Below, in pieces: positions 18,891-28,059 of a stretch of 56,684 nt of DNA. Origin of the DNA: a virus (taxonomy: Duplodnaviria; Caudoviricetes); the IMG/VR virus record IMGVR_UViG_3300026518_000013, positions 1 to 56,684 of that record; one strand, 5' to 3'. Position numbers and translations under genes: made by a program. The notes under the pieces are model-generated. The model was not told the origin of the DNA. It was given only the letters and a program-made list of their open reading frames with translations, and did no database searches. Every line of letters begins with the position of its first letter. The first letter of the stretch is position 1.

Positions 18891-20891
18891 TTATAATACA
18901 GTTTGTCTAAAACCAGACGACCCTATTTTTGATTCCCAGCTTTCTAATATAACGCCACCATCTTCTTTTGAAAAAATAGTTAATACTGTACGTAAATCTT
19001 TTAAATTGTAGACCCCTGTTTCTCCTATAACTATATACTCACGTTCTTTTATAAATCGACGGGTTAACCAGGAAAATAATTGAGTCGGTGCAAACACTTG
19101 ATTTATTGGTATTTCTTTTTTAACAACTAATTCGTAATTTAACAATCTTTTTTTTCCTTTATATAGTATAACACCTTTTGACGCCCCAAAATCATCAGCA
19201 ATTAAATAATTTGAAGAATACCCAACCAAGGTCATATCTTTATAATGCAATAAAGTTCTTGCCATATTACCATTAATTATTTTTAACACATTCTTAGATA
19301 TTTCCGTACCAACATCTCCACTAATACCTCGATAAAGTGTTATTTTACCAGCCGGAAAAACTCGTTCCAAATATGCTTGTGAAAATGCCCTAAATCTCAA
19401 ATAAACTTGTTGCATTTCTTCTTCATTTTTAAATTGTTTTTGAACATATTTTTCAACCCATGCAATTCCTTTTCTTTTTGGGTCACTAAATACCATATCT
19501 GGTAAATCTTTTTCATATTTTTTAGCCATATAACGAATTAATTGGCCTCCTTTTGATTGAGTGGTTTGACCCCATTGCCCTAACCAATCTTTCCACATAC
19601 CCTTATCAGGATATATTTCACGAATTTTATATGAAAAATCTTTCAAAGAATGTTCACCATCAATAAAATTATATGGATTATCTTGTTCATTATCAAAAAA
19701 AGCTTTTCTAATTAATTGCCAATCTTTTTCATCAGAAATAGAATCAATTTTTGAAGAAAAATCATCATAATACTTCAAAAATTGTTTAGCATTTTGTTCA
19801 TTAACAAATGAATTATATACTTTTTGAATTGCATCAGGATAATTTGACAAATCAATTTCTGGTCTATTCAATTTTATATTTACTTTTTCTTTTAACTTAA
19901 CTTGTTGACCTTCAGGTTTCTGTAATACCTTTTTCGTTGGAATTGCCACACATCTACATAATGGATGAGCAGGTATCATATTTTGTATTTGGTTCAAAGT
20001 CCAAACACTACCTTCCATACTTGAACATATATCACATACATGAATATCACCAGCTGTTGCCCACTCAGCCTTAACAATAACATTATTTGCCTTCCAATTT
20101 TTGTATTCTTGAACCATAGCAATATGATGGGCACGCATTACTTCCGTACGGGCAAGTAATTCAGCCCTTCTTTGTGCCGGAATAAATCTTCCTAAAGTAT
20201 CTTTAATTGCCAACGTACCCATACCTGTACCATCAATAACAGCAACCAATTTTTTCGCAAGTAAAGTTGTTCCATCGCCATCTATCATTCCTTGTGAAAG
20301 CACCTGGGATATTTGATTACTCATTGCACTGGTTATTCCTTTTAATCCTTCAAATGTTCTTGTATACAATACACCCACTACATCCATGTTAAAAGGTGTT
20401 GACATAGATGCTTCAACACCACCTGTTTCATTCATACCAGGAACATTATAACCAGCCTTCTTTAATTCATATCGTGCCCTTAACAAACCCCGTTTATAAC
20501 TATCAGCTATCCATCTATCAGTCCAAGCTTGATTTATACTACCACCAATTCTTTGCATTGTTTTAACCTGTAACAAATCATCATCAATTTGTTTATTCAA
20601 CCAATTCATGAAATTCTCTACTTTCTGTTGACTGGTAGCAAAATCAAAAGCATGCCAACCCGGGCTACCCGGTAAAACAATAGCCTGTGCAATTAACTGT
20701 TTTTTCAAACCAAAAACATCATCCTGAATAATTGCCTTTCGTATAGATGCCTTTAACTTGTAAAACTTTGCATTCATAGCCTTTACAAACGCATTCTGCA
20801 AAGGTAAAGTCTTTGAAGGGTCAACGCGTCCATAATAAGTTCTACTTTGTTTAGAAGCATTAATAATCGGTATATCAATAACTTTTTCCAT
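18891..20891 (-). CDS. Head morphogenesis protein (MuF/SPP1 gp7) with C-terminal ADP-ribosyltransferase-like extension
   Basis: RAELLARTE, VCDIC...PAHPLCRC; C-terminal LYRG...YSS...EREYIV. Confidence 0.85.
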   Translation of the reverse strand: MEKVIDIPIINASKQSRTYYGRVDPSKTLPLQNAFVKAMNAKFYKLKASIRKAIIQDDVFGLKKQLIAQAIVLPGSPGWHAFDFATSQQKVENFMNWLNKQIDDDLLQVKTMQRIGGSINQAWTDRWIADSYKRGLLRARYELKKAGYNVPGMNETGGVEASMSTPFNMDVVGVLYTRTFEGLKGITSAMSNQISQVLSQGMIDGDGTTLLAKKLVAVIDGTGMGTLAIKDTLGRFIPAQRRAELLARTEVMRAHHIAMVQEYKNWKANNVIVKAEWATAGDIHVCDICSSMEGSVWTLNQIQNMIPAHPLCRCVAIPTKKVLQKPEGQQVKLKEKVNIKLNRPEIDLSNYPDAIQKVYNSFVNEQNAKQFLKYYDDFSSKIDSISDEKDWQLIRKAFFDNEQDNPYNFIDGEHSLKDFSYKIREIYPDKGMWKDWLGQWGQTTQSKGGQLIRYMAKKYEKDLPDMVFSDPKRKGIAWVEKYVQKQFKNEEEMQQVYLRFRAFSQAYLERVFPAGKITLYRGISGDVGTEISKNVLKIINGNMARTLLHYKDMTLVGYSSNYLIADDFGASKGVILYKGKKRLLNYELVVKKEIPINQVFAPTQLFSWLTRRFIKEREYIVIGETGVYNLKDLRTVLTIFSKEDGGVILESWESKIGSSGFRQTVL

Positions 20892-20895
20892 TTTA

Positions 20896-22266
20896 TTATT
20901 CTTCTTGTATATTCGGTGGACTTTGTAAACCTGTACCTTGCATCTGTGTAATCTGACTCAATTGTTCTTCTGATAAACCAAGGAAAAACTTCAAAAATGC
21001 CTCAGGCGAAACAATACCTTCCGACATTGGTTGTGAAGTATAATCTTTTAATGCAGTAGCCCTTTGAACACCAATGTCAACCCTATCTTTTTCTGACAAC
21101 AAAAACAAATCTTCCCAAACAATTTCATAACCATTTTTAGGTTCCGGCAAAATACCAAATTTTATCAATCTGTCTAAGAATGGTCGCAAAATCATTTCTG
21201 TTGCATAAGTATTTCTCCTGTTTTGAATCAATTCTTTCCATTCTTGTGTATCCTGTGTACTGGCCAATTTAGCCCTTTCACTACCTATCAAAATTCTTTT
21301 TGGTATACCTGTTTCTGCACTAATAAGTTGTAATTGTATATCAATATGATTAATTGGGTCTGCCACTTGTTGTGCAAGTGCCTTGTATTCAATACCTTCA
21401 TTAACTAAAAAACGTCTCAAGTTATGTTCATACTCATCCAATTGTTTTTCCAAATCATCAATCATTTCATCTGTTAATTGGTAATCTTTATCAACATTTC
21501 CAGTATAACCAGGACGGGCACCACGCCAAAACATTTCAGCGTCACCCCCACTAATCTTTTCAATGTCCATTAATCGATTATATACAGCTTTTAATCTTGG
21601 TATTCCTTCTAACTCATTGTCTAACACTTCATCAACCACATGAATAACCCGAGTCCAATGAATTGGTATATCTTTACCCCCAATTAGGTAATTCAAAGGT
21701 AACCCAAAACGTGGGTCTTTTGGGTCTGTTATTGTTTTATTCACCTGTGCATTGTTTTCATTGTATGGTTTGATGAATATTAACTTTAGATTTTTACTTT
21801 TTTGAATTGGTTTAGACCAACTATCTTGTGTAACTAAATCATTAGTCCCCAACAATAGAACAGCATATTTACCAATTCCAACCATTTTATCTAATCGTGT
21901 AAAAACAGAACGAAGCTTAAACTGTTTTTTCAATTCATCCACTGCAAGTTCAAACTGTGTTTTTTCATTCCCTTCTTTTTCTAAAATTTCCTGTACATTC
22001 CAACCTTGCCCCTGCCATGTTGCCTTAACTGGCTTATCAATTATTGCTTTCGCTATTTCTTGACGCGAATAACGATTATAATAATCCCTATACCTAATAA
22101 TCTGCGGATAACCAAGTGCATTGAATAGATTTCGAGCTCCATTGTAATTATCCCAACCAAACTTATTGAAAAAATCTAAACGCCCTGCCAAAGCCGACAT
22201 AATTTGCAACCTACTAAATCTTTCCAAAACATTTATTTGTCTTGTTTTGTCATTTGTTTTTTCCAT
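20896..22266 (-). CDS. Portal protein (DUF1073-like)
   Basis: DPKDPRFGLP, IHWTRVIH, ETGIPKRILIGSE; follows TerL. Confidence 0.9.
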   Translation of the reverse strand: MEKTNDKTRQINVLERFSRLQIMSALAGRLDFFNKFGWDNYNGARNLFNALGYPQIIRYRDYYNRYSRQEIAKAIIDKPVKATWQGQGWNVQEILEKEGNEKTQFELAVDELKKQFKLRSVFTRLDKMVGIGKYAVLLLGTNDLVTQDSWSKPIQKSKNLKLIFIKPYNENNAQVNKTITDPKDPRFGLPLNYLIGGKDIPIHWTRVIHVVDEVLDNELEGIPRLKAVYNRLMDIEKISGGDAEMFWRGARPGYTGNVDKDYQLTDEMIDDLEKQLDEYEHNLRRFLVNEGIEYKALAQQVADPINHIDIQLQLISAETGIPKRILIGSERAKLASTQDTQEWKELIQNRRNTYATEMILRPFLDRLIKFGILPEPKNGYEIVWEDLFLLSEKDRVDIGVQRATALKDYTSQPMSEGIVSPEAFLKFFLGLSEEQLSQITQMQGTGLQSPPNIQEE

Positions 22267-23831
22267 TATCGTATCCTCCTAACTTGTTTTTTTCTAACTA
22301 ACGCATGAAAAGCACCTGAGGAAGCATCCACCTGGTCTTTATATGTACCATTTGGAAAATATTTCAATTCATCAATATAATCTTTATTCCAAGGTGCTTG
22401 CATCAAATATACATTACCTACTTCAACTTGTACTGAATAAGGGTCAGCCCTATATACTTTATCTCCTGATGGTCTTTCTGCATATACACGAAAACCAGCT
22501 AAATTTCGTATTGTATTTTCTGCACTTTCTTTTCCACCACTTCCAGGTTCTTGTTCAATCCAAATCTCAACATGAACACCATCAGCCTCTGCAGTTGCTC
22601 TTATAATTCGTTCACGTTCCCCTGTTGACCATTGACCACGCTTAACATCCTCAACAATAAATTTTCCATTACGCAATTTGGACATCTTAACACCAACCGT
22701 ATAAGCACCACCATCTTTTGTCCCTGCCTTATCCCAGTATCTAACTGTTTGTACATAGTTAACTTCTGCAAATGGATGAGTTATATATTGAAACATATCT
22801 ACTTTAAACATTCCCCCTGTTAATGGAACCGGATTTTGCCCTATTTGACCAGCATAACCATATTGACCTAACTTTTTTCGCATATTTTCCAAAACCAAAA
22901 AAGGTAACCGATTTGGGTCTAATAAACCATTCTTATAATTAATTTTTAAATATGCAGGTTTTAACACTTTTTCATAATTAACAATTTCACCTGGTAAACA
23001 AATATGTTTTACCGGTGTTCCTTGTTTTAGTATATGACCTGTTGGGTCATCCTGGTTTAATCTTTGCATAATTAATATCATAACAGAAACCTTTTTATCA
23101 ATTAGCCGTGTTGATAATGTTTGATCAAGCCAATTATTAACTGTTTTTAACATTGTTTCTGACATCGCTTGTTTTGGGTTAATCGGATCATCAACCAATA
23201 ACAAATCACCATGAAATCCAGTTAACGTTCCACCCACCGATGTAGTGTATCTACTACCACCATTTTTTATACTGTAAGCTTTGCCTTTGTTAGTCCGTAA
23301 CTTCCTGATAACCTGAAAGTTGGATTTTGTATCTTTATCCACACGAATCATCAATTCCGGATACATCTCCCTAAATTTATCGCTATCAAGTAAATCCCGT
23401 ACCTTATCACTAACTTCCATAGACAAAGACGAAGAATAAGAAGCACTGGCAAATTTTAACTTAAAATATTTAGTCCATGCCCATGCATTCAGCATAATAT
23501 TAACAATAGTGGTTTTAGTAGTTCCAGGAGGTACATTAATTATTAAATCATATAATTTTGGTTTTCCTGCCGCTACCCTTTCTACTACTTTTTGTAATTC
23601 ATCACATAAATATTCTATATGCCAATTATCCTGTAATGATGTAGTGGAAACTTCATCCCAAAAATATCTAAAAAAATGATAAAACCTTTTATTATTTAAA
23701 TTTCTTTGGATGGTTAATGGATTTAATAAAGCCTGTTTTACCCTTTCCCTTTGGGGAGGTTTTGTACGAATCATAGTTCCCACTGTAATAGGAACTTGTT
23801 CAGGAAGTAATATATCAGCTTGTGGTAACAT
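22266..23831 (-). CDS. terL: Terminase large subunit
   Basis: NVPPGTTKT Walker A, LLVDDP Walker B, YWDKAG and DQVDA nuclease motifs. Confidence 0.95.
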   Translation of the reverse strand: MLPQADILLPEQVPITVGTMIRTKPPQRERVKQALLNPLTIQRNLNNKRFYHFFRYFWDEVSTTSLQDNWHIEYLCDELQKVVERVAAGKPKLYDLIINVPPGTTKTTIVNIMLNAWAWTKYFKLKFASASYSSSLSMEVSDKVRDLLDSDKFREMYPELMIRVDKDTKSNFQVIRKLRTNKGKAYSIKNGGSRYTTSVGGTLTGFHGDLLLVDDPINPKQAMSETMLKTVNNWLDQTLSTRLIDKKVSVMILIMQRLNQDDPTGHILKQGTPVKHICLPGEIVNYEKVLKPAYLKINYKNGLLDPNRLPFLVLENMRKKLGQYGYAGQIGQNPVPLTGGMFKVDMFQYITHPFAEVNYVQTVRYWDKAGTKDGGAYTVGVKMSKLRNGKFIVEDVKRGQWSTGERERIIRATAEADGVHVEIWIEQEPGSGGKESAENTIRNLAGFRVYAERPSGDKVYRADPYSVQVEVGNVYLMQAPWNKDYIDELKYFPNGTYKDQVDASSGAFHALVRKKQVRRIR

Positions 23832-24471
23832 GATTTTCTTCTTCTTTTTGATATTGTGTTATATTATCATTGGAATCTATTTCTTCTGCTTCCTGAACAT
23901 CCTGATTTTCCGGTATTTGAACTAATTTTTTATTGGTTCCAATTTTCCCTGTCAATTTTTGAAGCAAAAGCAATTCTTTTTCCGATAAATCGGATAAATC
24001 CAATGTAGCAAGGTCTAATGCCTGTTTTTCCTGCCATTCCAATGAAAAATCCACACGATCAGACCAGGTAAATTCATTCATTCTGGTCCTATTTTTTAAC
24101 CAAAATATGGCAGCCTGTGTATCAGGGGGAAAATATTTCATCATTTGCACAATTTCTGATTGTTTATTTTTGGAAATAATGACCTCCACCGGTTGATAAA
24201 ATCCGGTTGCTTTCCGATATATAGCACGTGCCACATTGGCATCTGCAATACGTTGACCCTCCCGTAATGATTCCAATAATTCAGAATGTTGCATTATCCA
24301 TTTTTCAAAACTATCCACCCGAATATGAAAAGCTGCTGCAATTTCCCGTCTGGTCAACCCAAGTAAAGCCAAACGATGTGCCATTTTTGGATGAAAATTC
24401 GGATCATATTTACTTTTTGGACCAGTTTTTCCCGTTATTGGTTGTAATTTTGGTTTTCTTGTTCTAATCAT
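23815..24471 (-). CDS. terS: Terminase small subunit
   Basis: HTH; ADANVARAIYRKATG...PPDTQAAIFWLKNR. Confidence 0.9.
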   Translation of the reverse strand: MIRTRKPKLQPITGKTGPKSKYDPNFHPKMAHRLALLGLTRREIAAAFHIRVDSFEKWIMQHSELLESLREGQRIADANVARAIYRKATGFYQPVEVIISKNKQSEIVQMMKYFPPDTQAAIFWLKNRTRMNEFTWSDRVDFSLEWQEKQALDLATLDLSDLSEKELLLLQKLTGKIGTNKKLVQIPENQDVQEAEEIDSNDNITQYQKEEENHVTTS

Positions 24472-24604
24472 TTTTCCATTTTTTGGTTAACCCTTAAAAA
24501 TTTTGGTTAGCCAAAAATAAAAATTTCATAAAAAATAGCAACCTGAATTTTTATTTTAGTTTAAAAATAAAGCCTATTTTGAACATATTTTTAATTAACA
24601 AAGC

Positions 24605-24657
24605 AAAATAAAGCGATTTAAACAATTGATATAGCTTTTCAATATAAACTATTGACC
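24605..24657. repeat. Degenerate non-coding element, copy 1 (partner 54427-54479)
   Basis: 39/53 ungapped identity in spaced blocks. Confidence 0.55.
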
Positions 24658-24703
24658 TAATAATAAAAATGCCGGAAATCGCTATTTCCTCGCATCAAGG
24701 CAT

Positions 24704-24730
24704 AAAAAAAGCCGGCTTATAAATGCCGGC
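24704..24730 (-). terminator. Rho-independent terminator
   Basis: GCCGGC-8 nt-GCCGGC followed by T7 on the minus strand, after ORF 24752..25051. Confidence 0.8.
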
Positions 24731-24751
24731 ATTTATAATAAAACAAATAAA

Positions 24752-25051
24752 TTAATCTTCCAAATGTAACACCCTTATAAAATTTCCAGTTTTACCTCCA
24801 CGTGGAGCATCATTTCCAAATACATATTTAACATTAAGCAAATCCAATAACCTACGAACATCATATGTATAATCCAAAATACGGGTAAATCTTCCGGTAC
24901 CGGAAACAATAGCCGGCCAAATTGTATTTGCATGAACCTGTCCGAAAATAGTTTGACCATCAGCAATTGCCTTTACTAATTGGTATGCCTTAGCATTTTT
25001 ACTACCGGTATACCTTTTTTCCAACCTTTTTTTAATTGTAATGCGTTTCAT
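24752..25051 (-). CDS. Early hypothetical protein
   Basis: 99 aa; GNDAPRGGKTGNFI; has its own promoter and terminator. Confidence 0.8.
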   Translation of the reverse strand: MKRITIKKRLEKRYTGSKNAKAYQLVKAIADGQTIFGQVHANTIWPAIVSGTGRFTRILDYTYDVRRLLDLLNVKYVFGNDAPRGGKTGNFIRVLHLED

Positions 25052-25081
25052 GACTTTTTGTTTTTTGGTTAATTACTAATG

Positions 25082-25113
25082 CAAATATACTATCATTTGT
25101 TACCAGAAATCAA
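25082..25113 (-). promoter_or_regulatory. Early promoter TTG-N21-TATATTTG (Bacteroidota -33/-7 type)
   Basis: Matches TAnnTTTG; 25046-25098 is identical to 50616-50668. Confidence 0.8.
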
Positions 25114-25146
25114 GTTTTTTGATACTTTTTTTCATCATTTTTGTTA

Positions 25147-25165
25147 ATTTATACTTATTCTAAGT
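25147..25165. promoter_or_regulatory. Degenerate 19-bp palindromic operator
   Basis: ATTTATACTTATTCTAAGT vs consensus ATTTAGAATnATTCTAAAT. Confidence 0.45.
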
Positions 25166-25325
25166 AACTAACAAAAAAACCTATCATAAAATTAACAAAT
25201 CTTTTTCACTAAATAACTAAGTACACTAAATACTAATAAATAAACTAAAAACAATCAATTTACTATTACATAAAATAACTATACTACCCTTTTATTAATT
25301 ATCCCACTACCAACTACATATAAAC
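25165..25325. repeat. G-depleted ACTA-repeat tract
   Basis: One G in 161 nt on the plus strand; about 11 ACTA units. Confidence 0.65.
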
Positions 25326-25341
25326 GTAATATTATATGCAA

Positions 25342-25509
25342 TTAAGAATTAATCAACGCAAAAGCATCTTCGTTAGATATAGGCATTAAATTGCTATATC
25401 CATCTTGAAAATTTAATCTGAAGAATTTACCATTCTTTACTTGAACTAACATAATGTACCCGGTTAGATTTAACGGGTCTGATACTACAAATTGTTTTAT
25501 TATTTCCAT
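25342..25509 (-). CDS. Small hypothetical protein (55 aa, not in the ORF track)
   Basis: Manual translation MEIIKQFVVSDPLNLTGYIMLVQVKNGKFFRLNF...LINS*. Confidence 0.6.
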   Translation of the reverse strand: MEIIKQFVVSDPLNLTGYIMLVQVKNGKFFRLNFQDGYSNLMPISNEDAFALINS

Positions 25510-25586
25510 AATTCAAAAATTTATTGTTAATCATTTAATATCTTTTAAGCATACACTAAACTTATATATATTAATTATGTGTAATA

Positions 25587-25793
25587 TTAAATTCTATCGC
25601 CTGCATCATCGTGAAATAAATCATAACCAGGTTCTGCTTCATCATTAATTTTTGCTTCTATTAAAATATCATCGGGTATATCAACAGAATTAACATTTTC
25701 ATTCAACCATAAAATATATGAAACGTCTTCATAATCAATTAATATTTCTCTAAATGTTTTTCCCTTATATTTTCCAAATGTTAATTTTTCCAT
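25587..25793 (-). CDS. DUF3820/ExoX C-terminal-like small protein
   Basis: LTFGKYKGKTFREI...YILWL motif. Confidence 0.75.
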   Translation of the reverse strand: MEKLTFGKYKGKTFREILIDYEDVSYILWLNENVNSVDIPDDILIEAKINDEAEPGYDLFHDDAGDRI

Positions 25794-25956
25794 ATAATTA
25801 AATTTATTAGTTAATAATCACATTCCTCAAACAACACCATACACGGATTGTTAATATACAATAAGGCACCCTCCTCAAAGTACTGCTATTTGCTTCCGAA
25901 TAGGACGCCACCGCTTGCCCTTCTGCAGTAAACTGACAACCAACTCCAGATATAGT

Positions 25957-26166
25957 TCATGGGTTGCTATTTGTTATTTTAAAAGGCTTAGAATCTAATT
26001 GCCCCTGATGATAAATAAATATAGCCCCAACAGCCATAATTACACATTTTAATAAATAATCCCAACCAGAAAGATTATTAGCAAAAAATTTATCAGCAAA
26101 AACTATAATTAAAATACCTAACATAAGTGGACTAAATAATTTTCTAACAATGTATTTCATATTCAT
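25957..26166 (-). CDS. Two-TM membrane protein
   Basis: Two hydrophobic segments. Confidence 0.65.
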   Translation of the reverse strand: MNMKYIVRKLFSPLMLGILIIVFADKFFANNLSGWDYLLKCVIMAVGAIFIYHQGQLDSKPFKITNSNP

Positions 26167-26549
26167 AGATTTTTAATTATTTTGTTTAATTTACTTTTTT
26201 TTACTAACAAATAACGAACAACTGCAGTAGCCGGCAAAGGACTGGGAACCCACCTTGAATAAAGATAATAACCATACTTAGCAAAATAATTTAATACAGT
26301 TATTTGATTACAAAATTTAGCACCATGAACCTTACCCCTTTTATTATATACTGGTTTAACCCAATAATTATAACAACTTCCTACATTCATAGTTACTTCT
26401 ATTCCTCTATATGGACCACCAGAACTTAAACTTGTTACATACATCGTAATAGAAATATACTTAACATTCAAAGTTTGCAAATTTACCGATTCCTGACCAA
26501 TAACAAAAATTGGTAAAACCAAAAATAAAAAAATAACTAACTTTTTCAT
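26163..26549 (-). CDS. Exported protein with Sec signal peptide (likely start MKKLVIF)
   Basis: MKKLVIFLFLVLPIFVIG|QES; Gln at +1 as in Bacteroidota signal peptides. Confidence 0.7.
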   Translation of the reverse strand: MKKLVIFLFLVLPIFVIGQESVNLQTLNVKYISITMYVTSLSSGGPYRGIEVTMNVGSCYNYWVKPVYNKRGKVHGAKFCNQITVLNYFAKYGYYLYSRWVPSPLPATAVVRYLLVKKSKLNKIIKNL

Positions 26550-26553
26550 ATTC

Positions 26554-26790
26554 TTATCGTTTATTTTTTCGATTATCTTGTTTAACACTATCAACAGTCA
26601 TACCAACAACCTCAAACAATTCTGGATAATTGAAACTTTTTAAATACCTCTCGGCATCTTTTTTATGAAAAAACCAATAACCTACATATACTTTTTCATC
26701 ATCAAAAAAAGTTATTACATCTTCAGGAACCAAATTGTCTTTTTGAGTAGCACCTTTCCTTTTTATTGTATACAAACGTAGTTTTGCCAT
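26554..26790 (-). CDS. Hypothetical protein
   Basis: 78 aa ORF in a packed operon. Confidence 0.7.
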   Translation of the reverse strand: MAKLRLYTIKRKGATQKDNLVPEDVITFFDDEKVYVGYWFFHKKDAERYLKSFNYPELFEVVGMTVDSVKQDNRKNKR

Positions 26791-26827
26791 ATCATTTATT
26801 TTTTAGATTATTAATATTTTCATTTTA

Positions 26828-27169
26828 TTATACATTTCTAAACCGTAAATCACAAAATTGCAAAATATAATAAATAGCTGCAATCCAAGCCTTATACTCA
26901 CTGTTATAAAACGCAGATGAACAAGCATATACACAATAACGTCTTTCCCTTACATCAAAAACATAGTATAACCAATTTTGAGACGTTTTACGCACATTTA
27001 AACGATAGCCATATATATTTATAAGCCACTTCCGAATATCTTCGATTGTAGCCTCTTTATAAGCCTTTGTATAGCCAAAACGTTTAATAAAATTAAACAA
27101 ACGTAAATCACCAAGTTTCAACATCTTCTTAATAAAATTGAAGATAAATAACAGGGAATCCTTTTTCAA
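26828..27169 (-). CDS. Hypothetical protein
   Basis: 113 aa ORF; start uncertain. Confidence 0.6.
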   Translation of the reverse strand: MKKDSLLFIFNFIKKMLKLGDLRLFNFIKRFGYTKAYKEATIEDIRKWLINIYGYRLNVRKTSQNWLYYVFDVRERRYCVYACSSAFYNSEYKAWIAAIYYILQFCDLRFRNV

Positions 27170-27386
27170 TAGTTATATAACTATTGTACATTGTATTCAC
27201 CCTTTCCTTACAAAATTCTTTGGCTGTATCAATCAATTCTTCAATATTCACAATATCTAAATTACTACTATTTGAAATGATACGTAACCACTCAGAATTA
27301 TCATTTCTAAGAAATCTAAAACTACTTAAATTAACTGAATGAAAAAATTCAATATTCAATCTAATTACATTTGCCTTTGTTTTCAT
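27129..27386 (-). CDS. Early hypothetical protein
   Basis: AAAGTC-ATGAAA leader shared with other early genes. Confidence 0.65.
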   Translation of the reverse strand: MKTKANVIRLNIEFFHSVNLSSFRFLRNDNSEWLRIISNSSNLDIVNIEELIDTAKEFCKERVNTMYNSYITIEKGFPVIYLQFY

Positions 27387-27398
27387 GACTTTATGTTA

Positions 27399-27647
27399 CT
27401 ATAAGGATTTAAAAAATCTATCATAATTTTCAAACTGAGTTGAATAATAAAAATACCATTTATTATCCTTTGGAAGTTCAATTTCCGATTCATAAAAACC
27501 ATAAATAATACCAGTTATTCCTGCAACCTTAATTTGATGAATAAGGCGTTCTTCATTAGTTTTGATTTCACTTGCTTGATTAAAAAGACTTACTTGCTTT
27601 TCTAATGCCTTTTCAATTTGTTCAATTTGTTTTTTTGTTGCTTTCAT
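27399..27647 (-). CDS. Early hypothetical protein
   Basis: First gene after an early promoter. Confidence 0.75.
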   Translation of the reverse strand: MKATKKQIEQIEKALEKQVSLFNQASEIKTNEERLIHQIKVAGITGIIYGFYESEIELPKDNKWYFYYSTQFENYDRFFKSL

Positions 27648-27672
27648 GACTTTTTATTTTTAAATTATAATG

Positions 27673-27703
27673 CAAATATACTATGATATTTTACAAAAAG
27701 CAA
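27673..27703 (-). promoter_or_regulatory. Early promoter TTG-N20-TATATTTG
   Basis: 27642-27720 matches 54303-54381 at 78/79 nt. Confidence 0.8.
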
Positions 27704-27715
27704 GTATTTTTTAAA

Positions 27716-27734
27716 ATTTATAATCATTTTAAAT
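27716..27734. promoter_or_regulatory. 19-bp palindromic operator
   Basis: ATTTATAATCATTTTAAAT. Confidence 0.55.
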
Positions 27735-27753
27735 AAGAAAACAGATAAATAGT

Positions 27754-28056
27754 CTAAAGAATAGAATAATACCATTTACCAACTTTACGTGATTTTGTAC
27801 ATTGTCTTTCCATATACTCAATATCATTCAATTTAGTTATAAAGCTTTCTTCTTTTCGTGGAATATTAAACAAGGTAATTTCGTAATAATTAACATTATT
27901 AGAAACATAATTTTGTTCCTTTACATTTTCAGGAATCATAAAATAAGCAAGGCGACGAAAAAGAAAAAACCCTTTTATGACACGTTCATTATTAATAATA
28001 TGAACCAATCGGTATACTGGAAAACCAGAAACAACAGGAATATTTTTTCTTTGCAT
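27754..28056 (-). CDS. Hypothetical protein
   Basis: 100 aa ORF starting MQRKN. Confidence 0.65.
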   Translation of the reverse strand: MQRKNIPVVSGFPVYRLVHIINNERVIKGFFLFRRLAYFMIPENVKEQNYVSNNVNYYEITLFNIPRKEESFITKLNDIEYMERQCTKSRKVGKWYYSIL

Positions 28057-28059
28057 AAA

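Noticed and set aside
20896-22266. Anti-CBASS Acb1 (a label often attached to DUF1073 proteins)
   Set aside because: Size, motifs and position after TerL indicate a portal; I saw no pair of HxT 2H-phosphoesterase motifs
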